Shown here in pieces: positions 9,724 to 19,244 of a stretch of DNA of 64,000 nucleotides. The position numbers and the translations under genes were made by a program. The notes under the pieces are model-generated. The model worked only from the letters and a program-made list of their open reading frames with translations, did no database searches and was not told the DNA's origin. Source of the stretch: Alphaproteobacteria bacterium (GTDB lineage: Bacteria > Pseudomonadota > Alphaproteobacteria > Sphingomonadales > Emcibacteraceae); contig JAGREE010000005.1 in the NCBI GenBank assembly GCA_020446675.1, positions 90,637-154,636 of the forward strand, written 5' to 3'. Each line of letters opens with the position of its first letter. Position 1 is the first letter of the stretch.

Positions 9724-11475
9724 ATGGATATTCAAACGCTGACATATATTATTGTCGGAATCACATTCGCCATTTATATCGCCATTGCGATCTGGGCCAA
9801 GGCGGGAACGACGGACGATTTTTATGTTGCAGGGCATCATGTGCCGCCGCTGGCAAATGGTATGGCAACAGCTGCCGACTGGATGAGCGCAGCCAGTTTT
9901 ATCTCCATGGCCGGGCTTATATCCTTTATGGGTCGTGATGGCTCCATGTATCTGATGGGTTGGACCGGCGGTTATGTGCTGCTTGCTTTACTTCTTGCCC
10001 CGTATTTAAGAAAATTCGGACAGTTTACAGTTCCTGATTTTGTGGGTGACCGCTATTATTCCAATGCCGCCAGAACGGTTGCGGTTATCTGTGCTCTGTT
10101 TATTTCCTTTACCTATGTTGCCGGGCAAATGCGGGGGGTCGGTATTGTGTTTTCCCGATTTCTTGAAGTAGATATCACCATGGGTGTTCTGATCGGTATG
10201 TCGATCGTATTTTTCTATGCCGTACTCGGGGGAATGAAGGGGATAACCTATACTCAGGTGGCACAATATTGCGTGCTCATATTTGCCTTTATGGTCCCGG
10301 CGATCTTTATATCTATAATGATGACGGGGAACCCGGTCCCGCAACTTGGCTTTGGCAGCACTCTTGCCGACGGATCAGGTGCCTATCTTCTTGATAAACT
10401 AAATGGCCTATCCACCGAACTTGGTTTTGGCAGATATACGGATGGTCGCAAGTCAACATTTGACATGTTCGCTATTGTTGCAGCGTTAATGGTCGGCACT
10501 GCCGGCCTGCCACATGTCATAGTCCGTTTTTTTACAGTACCCAAAGTTCGCGATGCACGGTTATCGGCGGGCTATGCTCTTGTACTTATTGCCATTCTAT
10601 ACACTACTGCACCGACAGTCGCCAGCTTTGCAAGACTTAACCTGATCAACACGGTTAGTAATGTTGAATATACACAGACACCGGCCTGGTTTAAAAACTG
10701 GGAAGCGATTGATCTGATTGCCTGGCGTGATAAAAATCACGATGGGAAAATTCAATATACTGCCGGAAATGCATTTGATGGTAACCCTGATTTTACCGAT
10801 GGGCGCGGCGTAAATGGCGAACGACTACTTAATAACGCAGATGGCAAAAGTGCAAATGAGCTTTATATTGATCAGGACATAATGGTGCTGGCCAACCCTG
10901 AGATCGCGATGCTCCCGAACTGGGTGGTGGCACTAGTTGTAGCTGGGGGGCTGGCGGCAGCTTTGTCGACGGCAGCCGGGCTTCTTCTGGTGATTTCAAC
11001 ATCCGTTGCCCATGATCTTTTTAAAAAAATGCTTCTTCCCAATATTACCGATAAACAAGAACTTATGTATGCCAGAATGGCCGTTGCCATCGCGGTGCTG
11101 ATTGCCGGGTATTTCGGCATCAATCCGCCGGGCTTTGTGGCGCAGGTGGTTGCTTTTGCCTTTGGCCTTGCAGCCAGCAGCTTTTTCCCGATTATAATGA
11201 TGGGGATATTCTATAAACGGATGAATAAGGAAGGGGCCATTGCCGGAATGATTACCGGACTAATTTTTACATCAGCCTATATTATTTATTTTAAATTCAT
11301 TAACCCCGGCGCAAATACTGCGGATAACTGGTGGCTTGGTGTTTCCCCGGAAGGGGCGGGAACACTGGGTATGGTTCTTAATTTTATTGTTGCCTATACA
11401 GTTTGCAAAATGACCCCGCCGCCACCACAGAATGTGCAGGATATGATAGAAAGAATTAGAATTCCACGAGGCTAA
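9724..11475 (+). CDS. Sodium:solute symporter family (SSS) transporter
   Basis: 583-aa polytopic ORF with SSS-like segments (AADWMSAASFISMAG, GLPHVIVRFFTV). Confidence 0.88.
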   Translation: MDIQTLTYIIVGITFAIYIAIAIWAKAGTTDDFYVAGHHVPPLANGMATAADWMSAASFISMAGLISFMGRDGSMYLMGWTGGYVLLALLLAPYLRKFGQFTVPDFVGDRYYSNAARTVAVICALFISFTYVAGQMRGVGIVFSRFLEVDITMGVLIGMSIVFFYAVLGGMKGITYTQVAQYCVLIFAFMVPAIFISIMMTGNPVPQLGFGSTLADGSGAYLLDKLNGLSTELGFGRYTDGRKSTFDMFAIVAALMVGTAGLPHVIVRFFTVPKVRDARLSAGYALVLIAILYTTAPTVASFARLNLINTVSNVEYTQTPAWFKNWEAIDLIAWRDKNHDGKIQYTAGNAFDGNPDFTDGRGVNGERLLNNADGKSANELYIDQDIMVLANPEIAMLPNWVVALVVAGGLAAALSTAAGLLLVISTSVAHDLFKKMLLPNITDKQELMYARMAVAIAVLIAGYFGINPPGFVAQVVAFAFGLAASSFFPIIMMGIFYKRMNKEGAIAGMITGLIFTSAYIIYFKFINPGANTADNWWLGVSPEGAGTLGMVLNFIVAYTVCKMTPPPPQNVQDMIERIRIPRG

Positions 11476-11479
11476 AGCA

Positions 11480-12064
11480 TTGGAAAAAGAGCTAACAGAG
11501 CCGAGCATAAGGGCTTTTGTTGCTTTGTCGCTCAGTAATGAAGTGATGGAAGTGTTGACACAAAAGTCACTTGCACTACAGAGGCAGTTTGCTGATCTGA
11601 ACATCAGATGGGTACCATTTAAAAATTACCACCTGACATTAAGTTTTATCGGCAATATTCCGCTTCATGAAATCGACCGTCTTGAAACTGTTGTAAAAAA
11701 ATCAATTTCCGGTTTTGTGACATTCACGCTGACTATTGGCGATATCATTCTTTTCCCGCCTGATCAGGAGGTTAAAGGGCTTTTTGTGGCAGATGTCGTG
11801 CTGGAAGAGCCGCTTGAAAAATTACAGGCAAAAATTGAGGCAGATTTACGGGCCGCGGGTTATAAAATTTATGATCGACCCTATAGGCCGCATATCACCA
11901 TTGCCCGCCTTAGAAAGAATAGAGTAGGGGAAGAAGAACTGACAAAAGGTGGTTTTTCCCTTTTTTCACCGGTTGACCATGTGCACATCTATGAAAGCCA
12001 TAAGGAAAATGGCATCGTTGTAAATTCAATTGTCAGAAGCTGTCCACTGGATCATGAAGTATAA
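11480..12064 (+). CDS. thpR: RNA 2',3'-cyclic phosphodiesterase (2H family, ThpR/LigT-like)
   Basis: Two H-x-T/S-x motifs (HLTLSF and HITIAR) at the expected spacing. It is about 190 aa; the start is a non-ATG (TTG) and uncertain. Confidence 0.8.
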   Translation: MEKELTEPSIRAFVALSLSNEVMEVLTQKSLALQRQFADLNIRWVPFKNYHLTLSFIGNIPLHEIDRLETVVKKSISGFVTFTLTIGDIILFPPDQEVKGLFVADVVLEEPLEKLQAKIEADLRAAGYKIYDRPYRPHITIARLRKNRVGEEELTKGGFSLFSPVDHVHIYESHKENGIVVNSIVRSCPLDHEV

Positions 12065-13623
12065 AGTTTGATCCCTGTATTGGGTCGTCCAAACAGGTAA
12101 CCTTGTCCGTAAGTAACACCAAGTTTTTTTAAAAATTCTGCTTGTTCCTCAGTTTCAACCCATTCGGCAATTGTATTGATGTTCAGGTCATTGCAAAGAG
12201 TGACGATTGAACGCAGAAAAGCACGTGTCTTATCATCCTTAATGGCGTCGCGAATATAGTCGCCATCAATTTTAACACCGTCAACCACCAGTTCACGGAG
12301 ATAGCGAAACCCGGCCGCGCCAGCACCGAAATCATCAAGATAGACCCTGAATCCCATTTCCCTAATGTCATTTATAACTTCTGAGAGTTGTTTCAAATTG
12401 GTGATTTCTGCGGATTCCGTAATTTCGAGTGAGATAAATTTACTTATATTTATATTTTTACGTAGCCTTATTTTTAATTCTTCGAGGAAAGCTTTGTTGG
12501 AAAGAGACCTTCCTGATAGATTGACCGCAATTTTTGGTGGTGTTTCATGTGTTTTTATCTGATTTATTTTTTTGACTACGAGATTAAATATTGCCCTGTC
12601 AAATTCCTGTATCATACCGACTTTTTCAGCAAAACAGATTGTTTCAAACTGAAGATTTCGAAGTTTTACATCATTAAACCGGATCAATGCTTCTGAATGG
12701 TGTAAAGTTCTGTTTTTAAGCGATACAATTGGTTGATATAGAAGTGAAAAATCGCCATTGGCCAGAATTGTCCTTAGATTTTGCACTTTTGAAGCTGTAT
12801 CCTCAACAATGTCCTTATATCCCTGCGCTAGGGATTCAATATCAAATCCATCTGCACCATCAGCAAATTGCTGAAGGCTGAATAATAAAGCGCGAACACC
12901 ATCTTCCTCGCTCAACATATCCTGTTCGGTGTCAATAGTCGTGCTTTTTAATCTGATACCAGTGGATTTTGTTAATTCCCGAATCAGGGCTCCGGTTTCC
13001 GGCCCATCTGGTTCTTTTGTATGAATGACGGCGAAGCGGTTATCAGACAATTGTCCCGCACTTTGGCCGCCGGTTGAATATTTATTAAGGAGACTTCCAA
13101 GCTGGGCAATTCTTTCACCTTCGATTTTTTGATTGCTCTCTGTTTCCAGCAGAGTGATGTTGAGGTGGGCATCCTGATTATTATTATCAGATAGTATGTT
13201 TTCAACTTTTTTCAGGAAAATATCTTTTTCTTCTTTAATATCGGTGCGCTCAGAGCTTGTATCTGAATTATGACCAAGTCGATATGCCGACATAAGCACA
13301 AGAAATATCCGCTTTTCATCATCGGGTAGCATTCCAAAGAATATCGAATATTTCTTTCTGAAGGAATCATTTTTACCCACAAAAAAATTAACTGGACCAA
13401 TACGGTTTGACCCTTTTATGAGGGAGGAAATCTGCTTAAATGTCTTGCGTTCAGCGGCTTCCAGAAGATCAGGAAAAAGCGTGGATTTAACTGTAGATGT
13501 TTCAAGGCCAATTTCACTAATAGCGCCATCGGCATTTACAATTCTAAACTCTTTATTTAATTCAATTAGAATATCGCCAACTGAAAAAGAGAAACCCAGG
13601 AAGCGATCAGGAATTTTAATCAT
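12052..13623 (-). CDS. EAL-domain cyclic-di-GMP phosphodiesterase with an uncharacterised N-terminal region
   Basis: C-terminal EAL signature (EALIRF, NLSGRS, SLEITES, YLDDFGAGAAGFRYL, VKIDG, AEWVETEEQ, GQGYLFGRP). I saw no GGDEF motif. Confidence 0.85.
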   Translation of the reverse strand: MIKIPDRFLGFSFSVGDILIELNKEFRIVNADGAISEIGLETSTVKSTLFPDLLEAAERKTFKQISSLIKGSNRIGPVNFFVGKNDSFRKKYSIFFGMLPDDEKRIFLVLMSAYRLGHNSDTSSERTDIKEEKDIFLKKVENILSDNNNQDAHLNITLLETESNQKIEGERIAQLGSLLNKYSTGGQSAGQLSDNRFAVIHTKEPDGPETGALIRELTKSTGIRLKSTTIDTEQDMLSEEDGVRALLFSLQQFADGADGFDIESLAQGYKDIVEDTASKVQNLRTILANGDFSLLYQPIVSLKNRTLHHSEALIRFNDVKLRNLQFETICFAEKVGMIQEFDRAIFNLVVKKINQIKTHETPPKIAVNLSGRSLSNKAFLEELKIRLRKNINISKFISLEITESAEITNLKQLSEVINDIREMGFRVYLDDFGAGAAGFRYLRELVVDGVKIDGDYIRDAIKDDKTRAFLRSIVTLCNDLNINTIAEWVETEEQAEFLKKLGVTYGQGYLFGRPNTGIKLYTS

Positions 13624-13755
13624 TTTTTGTCCCCAATAGAATTGGCAGTATAAGAAAAATTATTCTTATTTCCAGCATTATTTATGAGTAACCAAGCTTG
13701 ATTAAAAATTCTAAAAGACATACAAATAATGGGGATTGTTGATAAGGGGAAGCTC

Positions 13756-14718
13756 ATGAAAACTGATCAGCTTAAAGTCGGACTGGCGCAGATTGCACCT
13801 GTTTGGTTTAATCGTGAAGCAACCCTTGAAAAAGTGATCAAATATATTGAAAATGCCGCTTCTCAAGGGGTTGAACTGATCGCTTTCGGTGAAGCAATGG
13901 TTCCGGGCTATCCGTTTTGGGTTGAGCCAACAGGAGGAGCACGCTTTAATGCTCCGGACCAAAAGGAAATATTTGCTGAATATGCCAATCAGGCCGTACA
14001 GATAGAAGCCGGACATCTTGATGAGGTCTGTGCAGCGGCAAGGGATGGGGGCATAGCCGTCTATCTTGGTATTATCGAACGGGCCAAAGACCGCGGAGGG
14101 CACAGTCTTTATTGCAGCATGGTTTATATCAACTGGACCGGAAAAATATGCTCTGTTCACCGCAAACTTCAGCCAACCTATGAAGAACGTTTGGTATGGT
14201 CCCCCGGTGATGGTAATGGGCTTACGGTTCATGAGCTTGGCAATTTTACGGTAGGTGGTCTTAACTGCTGGGAAAACTGGATGCCGCTGCCCAGGGCGGC
14301 TCTTTACGGGATGGGTGAAGATCTTCATGTGGCGATATGGCCGGGATCAAAGCGCAATACTTTTGATATAACACCCCATATGGCCAAGGAAGGGCGCTCG
14401 TTCGTAATGTCTGTATCAGCCTTAATGCGGCCAAGTGATATTCCAGAGTCAATGTTACACTTTAAGGAAATAATGGAACCAATTAAAAATAAAGAATTTT
14501 TGGCTGATGGTGGGTCATGCCTTTGTGGCCCGGATGGAAAGTGGATAATTGAGCCACAGGTCGGGGAAGAAGGGTTATATGTGGCACGTATTAATCATGA
14601 AAAAGTGCGCGAGGAAAGGCAGAATTTTGATCCCGCCGGGCATTATTCAAGACCTGATGTAACCAAACTGATTATTGACCGACGCCGTCAGACAACTGTG
14701 GAGACCATTGATGAGTGA
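13756..14718 (+). CDS. Nitrilase-superfamily enzyme (nitrilase branch)
   Basis: Catalytic triad context FGEA / HRKL / GGLNCWENWMP. The ATG at 13756 is preferred over 13729 because AAGGGGA lies 7 nt upstream. Confidence 0.86.
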   Translation: MKTDQLKVGLAQIAPVWFNREATLEKVIKYIENAASQGVELIAFGEAMVPGYPFWVEPTGGARFNAPDQKEIFAEYANQAVQIEAGHLDEVCAAARDGGIAVYLGIIERAKDRGGHSLYCSMVYINWTGKICSVHRKLQPTYEERLVWSPGDGNGLTVHELGNFTVGGLNCWENWMPLPRAALYGMGEDLHVAIWPGSKRNTFDITPHMAKEGRSFVMSVSALMRPSDIPESMLHFKEIMEPIKNKEFLADGGSCLCGPDGKWIIEPQVGEEGLYVARINHEKVREERQNFDPAGHYSRPDVTKLIIDRRRQTTVETIDE

Positions 14719-15214
14719 CTTGATAATTCGTCCTTCCGAAGAAGAGGATATGGAAGCCATACACAAGATTTATGAGCATGAAGTGCTCAATGGCACAGCG
14801 ACATTTGATGAAAGTCCGCCCTCAAAAGAGGCGATGGAAGCAAAAAGGATTGATATTTTGTCGCATGGTTTTCCGCACATTGTGGCTGAAATGGATGGTG
14901 AAGTTGTGGGATACGGATATATATCGTTTTATAGACAGCGATCAGCATATTCCCAGACAGTCGAAAATTCAGTTTACGTAGTGGCAGGTAAGCAAAAATG
15001 CGGAATAGGCTATAAGCTGATGCAGGCTGTTATTGAAGATTGTGAAAGACTGGGGCTTAAAAATATCATTGCCGTCATTGGCGACAGCGGTAATTCGGGC
15101 TCAATTAAATTGCATCAAAAACTGGGTTTTCGAAAAGTTGGAATTTTGACGGATGTCGGGTTTAAATTCGGCCGTTGGCTTGATGTGGTATTGATGCAAA
15201 AAACATTGCGATAA
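14711..15214 (+). CDS. GNAT N-acetyltransferase (phosphinothricin/methionine-sulfoximine acetyltransferase-like)
   Basis: PAT-like sequence (IRPSEEEDMEAIHKIYEHEVLNGTATFDE; CGIGYKLMQAVIE; LHQKLGF). The ATG at 14711 overlaps the nitrilase stop by 8 nt. Confidence 0.82.
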   Translation: MSDLIIRPSEEEDMEAIHKIYEHEVLNGTATFDESPPSKEAMEAKRIDILSHGFPHIVAEMDGEVVGYGYISFYRQRSAYSQTVENSVYVVAGKQKCGIGYKLMQAVIEDCERLGLKNIIAVIGDSGNSGSIKLHQKLGFRKVGILTDVGFKFGRWLDVVLMQKTLR

Positions 15215-15256
15215 AATTGATAAACAAAAAAATAAATAAACTTTGGGAGAGGTTTT

Positions 15257-16549
15257 ATGAATAACAGACGGAATTTTTTAAAATGGACCGGCATTGCCGG
15301 CGCAGCCGGATTGGTAAGTGCCTGTGGGCAAGGTGCAGAGCAGGGAAAAGCTGAAGAGAAAGTAGCTGCGAGCACCGGGAAATTTGACCATCTTCCCAAT
15401 ATGATGGAAGGCGTTGCCCCAATTTCTGTTGCGGAACACAAAGTGCGTGTTGCCAAAGCGCAGGAACTGATGGCCCAGAATGGCATAGAGGCCATATATC
15501 TGGAGGCGACATCAAATCTTTGGTACTTTACCGGTATGCGCTGGGGGCAAAGTGAACGTATGGCGGCCGCCATTATCCCCAAAGAAGGGGAAGTGGCCTA
15601 TGTCTGCCCGATGTTTGAAGTGGAAAGGCTGAAAGAAAGAATAATCCTTGGGGATATAGTCCGTGGCTGGGAAGAACATGAAAGCCCCTATAAACTGGTG
15701 GTATCCATGTTAAAAGATATGGGTATTACATCCGGAAAACTGGGGATAGGGGAACGGACAAGATTTTTTCTGGTCGATGGCATTCGAAAAGAAGCGCCGT
15801 TTCTTGAAATTGTCAGTGCCGACCCTGTTACCGCTGAATGCCGGATTATAAAATCCGCTGATGAAATCAGGCTATTGCAGAGAGCAAATGATATCACCAT
15901 TGCCGCTTATAAAGAAACCGTCAAACATATAGAACCAGGGATGCGGGGATCTGATATTTCGGCCATTTCGCGTCAGGTTCATGCAGCACTTGGGGTCACA
16001 GGCTATCTAGGCACCATGATTGGTGTCGTTTCATCCTCTCCTCATGGTTCCATCGTCGAACCGGTGCTTGAGGAAGGTATGATCGTTCTGATGGATGGCG
16101 GCTGTGATGTTCATAATTATTCATCCGATATCAGCCGTACAATTGTTTACGGTCAATATACAGCGGAACAGGAAGAAGTCTGGAACCTTGAAAAACGGGC
16201 GCAGGCAGCGGGCTTCGCTGCCGCACAACTTGGCGCTCCACAGGAAAATGTTGATATTGCCGCGCGTAAGGTGATTACCGATGCCGGTTACGGTCCTGGC
16301 TATAAAACACCGGGGCTCCCGCACCGGACAGGTCACGGAATTGGACTTGATATGCATGAATGGGGAAATGCGGTGCTTGGCAATAAACGCCCTTTGGCGC
16401 CGGGTATGTGTTTCAGTATTGAACCGACGATTGCCATTCCCGGCAAATTCGGTGTGCGTCTTGAAGATTGCTGCCACATGACAGAAAGTGGCCCGGCATG
16501 GTTTTCAAACCCTTCTGTAGCAATTGATGATCCTTTTGGCGATAATTAA
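15257..16549 (+). CDS. M24-family Xaa-Pro peptidase/creatinase-like hydrolase with a Tat-type lipoprotein signal
   Basis: N-terminal RRNFLKWTGIAGAAGLVSAC, giving a twin-arginine motif plus a lipobox. M24 metal-ligand context (DGGCD..YSSDISRT, HRTGHGIGLDMHE, FSIEP, RLED). Confidence 0.82.
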   Translation: MNNRRNFLKWTGIAGAAGLVSACGQGAEQGKAEEKVAASTGKFDHLPNMMEGVAPISVAEHKVRVAKAQELMAQNGIEAIYLEATSNLWYFTGMRWGQSERMAAAIIPKEGEVAYVCPMFEVERLKERIILGDIVRGWEEHESPYKLVVSMLKDMGITSGKLGIGERTRFFLVDGIRKEAPFLEIVSADPVTAECRIIKSADEIRLLQRANDITIAAYKETVKHIEPGMRGSDISAISRQVHAALGVTGYLGTMIGVVSSSPHGSIVEPVLEEGMIVLMDGGCDVHNYSSDISRTIVYGQYTAEQEEVWNLEKRAQAAGFAAAQLGAPQENVDIAARKVITDAGYGPGYKTPGLPHRTGHGIGLDMHEWGNAVLGNKRPLAPGMCFSIEPTIAIPGKFGVRLEDCCHMTESGPAWFSNPSVAIDDPFGDN

Positions 16550-16550
16550 A

Positions 16551-17840
16551 ATGAAAAGAAAATATCTATTTCTGGCATTCATTGCGTCTCTTTCCTTATC
16601 AGGATGTGATGAGAAATCGGGATCAATAGATCATCAGTTTACGATTGCCATGATCCCGGATACCCAGAATATGGTCGATTATCTGCATCAGAAACAGACA
16701 GGCTTTGCGATTGACAGTGCTGATCTTTATATTGAACAAATGAAATATATTGCTGACAATACTGAAAGCAAGGGTGGTGAAATCGCCTTTGCCACATCGG
16801 TTGGTGATGTCTGGCAGCATTTGGACGTAAAAGTTGATCCGGCCCATTATGATCGTGGACTAAGAAAAGTGCCAATCACACCACGTATCCCGCCGGAGGA
16901 ATTGGTGTCAGGCAGGAATAATTTTGAAATACCGGTTGTAATAAAAGGTTATGATCTACTTGAGGAAACAGCTGTTCCTTTTTCCGTTGCCCCGGGAAAT
17001 CATGACTATACAACAGGATGGATGCATAACCCATATCCGGACGACCCGAACCCGCGTGATCGGATGCGCGCTGAAAATATACTGCCTAATATGCACCTGG
17101 GCGGTTATGATGTTTTTAATGGTGTATTCGGCCCCGAAAGCAAATATTTTAAAGGAAAAAACTGGTATATCAGCAGCTTTCATGGCGGTGTAAACAGTGC
17201 ACAGGTTTTTGAGGCTGGCGGCTATAAATTTCTTCATCTTGCTTTTGAAATGCAGGCGGGAGATGATGTTTTGGCCTGGGCCCAGTCCGTGATTGATGAG
17301 AACCCGGGTCTGCCAACCATTATTTCAACCCATGATTTTTTAAATCCTCGCGGGGAGCGTCTGCCAAGTCCGAGTTATGATCTTGATGCGGTTGATCCGC
17401 TTGCGCATAATAGTGCAGAGGAAATATGGGACGAATTTATCCGCTCAAATGACCAGATTTTCATGGTGCTGAGTGGTCACCAGCTTGGACAGGCGATCAA
17501 AACATCCATAAATGATAAGGGAAATGCCGTATATCAGATTTTGGCGGATTATCAGGGGCGCGGGCAGGCGGCAAACCCGCCTGCTGATCAGGAACAGATA
17601 ACCGGAATTGGTGATGGCTGGCTTAGGTTAATGGAATTTGACACTGCCCCAGCCATTCCGGTGATTAAAGTCAGAACCTATTCAACCTTCTATAAAAAAT
17701 ATTCAAATGAGCTGGCGGAATATGCAAGCTGGTATCGTGACATGGAACAACCGGGAATGACAGATCAGGAATTTCAGGATGCGGATCATTATGATATCAT
17801 CCTGAATGATTTTAAAATAAGGTTCGGCGAGCCAGAATAA
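16551..17840 (+). CDS. Calcineurin-like metallophosphoesterase lipoprotein
   Basis: Lipobox LSLSGC after the ATG at 16551. Motifs MIPDTQN, VGDVWQH, APGNHDY and LSGHQ. Confidence 0.7.
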   Translation: MKRKYLFLAFIASLSLSGCDEKSGSIDHQFTIAMIPDTQNMVDYLHQKQTGFAIDSADLYIEQMKYIADNTESKGGEIAFATSVGDVWQHLDVKVDPAHYDRGLRKVPITPRIPPEELVSGRNNFEIPVVIKGYDLLEETAVPFSVAPGNHDYTTGWMHNPYPDDPNPRDRMRAENILPNMHLGGYDVFNGVFGPESKYFKGKNWYISSFHGGVNSAQVFEAGGYKFLHLAFEMQAGDDVLAWAQSVIDENPGLPTIISTHDFLNPRGERLPSPSYDLDAVDPLAHNSAEEIWDEFIRSNDQIFMVLSGHQLGQAIKTSINDKGNAVYQILADYQGRGQAANPPADQEQITGIGDGWLRLMEFDTAPAIPVIKVRTYSTFYKKYSNELAEYASWYRDMEQPGMTDQEFQDADHYDIILNDFKIRFGEPE

Positions 17841-17854
17841 AGGAAATTTGATAA

Positions 17855-18442
17855 ATGATAAAAAAGCTAAGTCGCCGTGACATACTGGAACGCATGGCTG
17901 TCGTAAGTGGCGGAGCCATATCATTAAGCATCATATCTGCCTGCGATAATGGCATATCTGTACCGGAAAATACGGATAATTTAAACCTTAAGGTTCTTAC
18001 TAAAGAACAGTTTGATCTGGTTGGTGATATCGCTGATATGATCATTCCAGAAACAGATACACCCGGTGCAAAGGCCGTGAATGTTCATTTTTTGATTGAT
18101 GAACTTGCCGCGAACTGGATGTTGGCTGATGAAAAAGACAGGTTTTTGAATGACCTGACGGTTCTTGATGAGCGGATCAAGCGGCTTTATGGTAATAATT
18201 TTTCCAATCTTGATGAAAATGGAAAAAAAGCGGTCCTTGACCAGTTGGGTTCTGAAATGCTTATTGCTGAAGACCACATAGATAGTAACAAGCATATTTA
18301 CCAGCAACTTCGTGAGCTTACCATTTTTGGATATTACACGTCAGAAGTTGGTGCAACGGAAGAGCTGGCTTTTGACCCGTTACCCGGGGATTATCATGGC
18401 TGTATCCCGTTTTCAGATGTCGGAAAAACATGGTCAGTTTAA
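17855..18442 (+). CDS. Tat-signal protein of the gluconate 2-dehydrogenase subunit 3 family
   Basis: SRRDILERMAVVSGGA Tat motif. Family-typical LTKEQFDLVGDIADMIIPETDTPGA and C-terminal LTIFGYYTSEVG. Confidence 0.68.
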   Translation: MIKKLSRRDILERMAVVSGGAISLSIISACDNGISVPENTDNLNLKVLTKEQFDLVGDIADMIIPETDTPGAKAVNVHFLIDELAANWMLADEKDRFLNDLTVLDERIKRLYGNNFSNLDENGKKAVLDQLGSEMLIAEDHIDSNKHIYQQLRELTIFGYYTSEVGATEELAFDPLPGDYHGCIPFSDVGKTWSV

Positions 18443-18443
18443 T

Positions 18444-19025
18444 TTATTCATCTTCCGCATAATAACCGATCACGTCACCTTCTGTGGTGACACCAAGGCC
18501 GTTAAGCACCCGGTTTGAATAATTGAAATAGGCAACGACTTGGTTCACCTCAAGTATTTCACCATCATCGCAACCAGCGGCACGAAGCGGCTCCATATCT
18601 GTTTCATCCATTTTTGCTACATTTTCGGTCAGCTTTTTTGCATAATTCAAAAGTGCAAGCTGCTTTCCGGAAAACACCTTTTCCGGTGCATGGTCCTTAA
18701 GTGCGGCATATATTGCCTCTGACTTTTCCTTATCCTTAATCAGCCGCCTTGCATTGGTAAAATGGTGGGTAAGACTATAAAGACATTCATTTATGATACT
18801 GGTGTAGGAGGCAACCACCTCAAGAAACCAGAATGGAAGCACATTTTCCGGGTTGTGAAGAACCGATTTATAAATCGCCATATGTCCGGCAATTGTATGT
18901 GGCCGCAGAGACTGGCATCGCATGACATTATCAACGGTTCCATGTGGGGAGCGGGCCTTGTCATACATTTCCTTTGTGAAACCTGTGGCCTCACTATCTT
19001 CAATCATTTTTATCCATGCGCTCAT
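18444..19025 (-). CDS. Carboxymuconolactone decarboxylase/AhpD-like (peroxidase-related) family protein
   Basis: 193 aa. AhpD-like core INECLYSLTHH carries C-x2-S where a C-x2-C would be expected. Confidence 0.7.
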   Translation of the reverse strand: MSAWIKMIEDSEATGFTKEMYDKARSPHGTVDNVMRCQSLRPHTIAGHMAIYKSVLHNPENVLPFWFLEVVASYTSIINECLYSLTHHFTNARRLIKDKEKSEAIYAALKDHAPEKVFSGKQLALLNYAKKLTENVAKMDETDMEPLRAAGCDDGEILEVNQVVAYFNYSNRVLNGLGVTTEGDVIGYYAEDE

Positions 19026-19244
19026 TTTATTTTTCTATTCCTTGATCTATGTGTTCACAAATATCCTATTAAACCTAAATAGAAAATCCAAGCACTTAAC
19101 ATCATAGTATAAACAAAATAATAGTACTGACATGCTGGCATTGACTTTCCGGGGGATGGCTTTATCTTGGATAAAAAGAAACAGAAAAATTTAGCAATAT
19201 AAGGCTAAATTCGAAAATAATAATAGGGAAGAATTTTTTATCTG

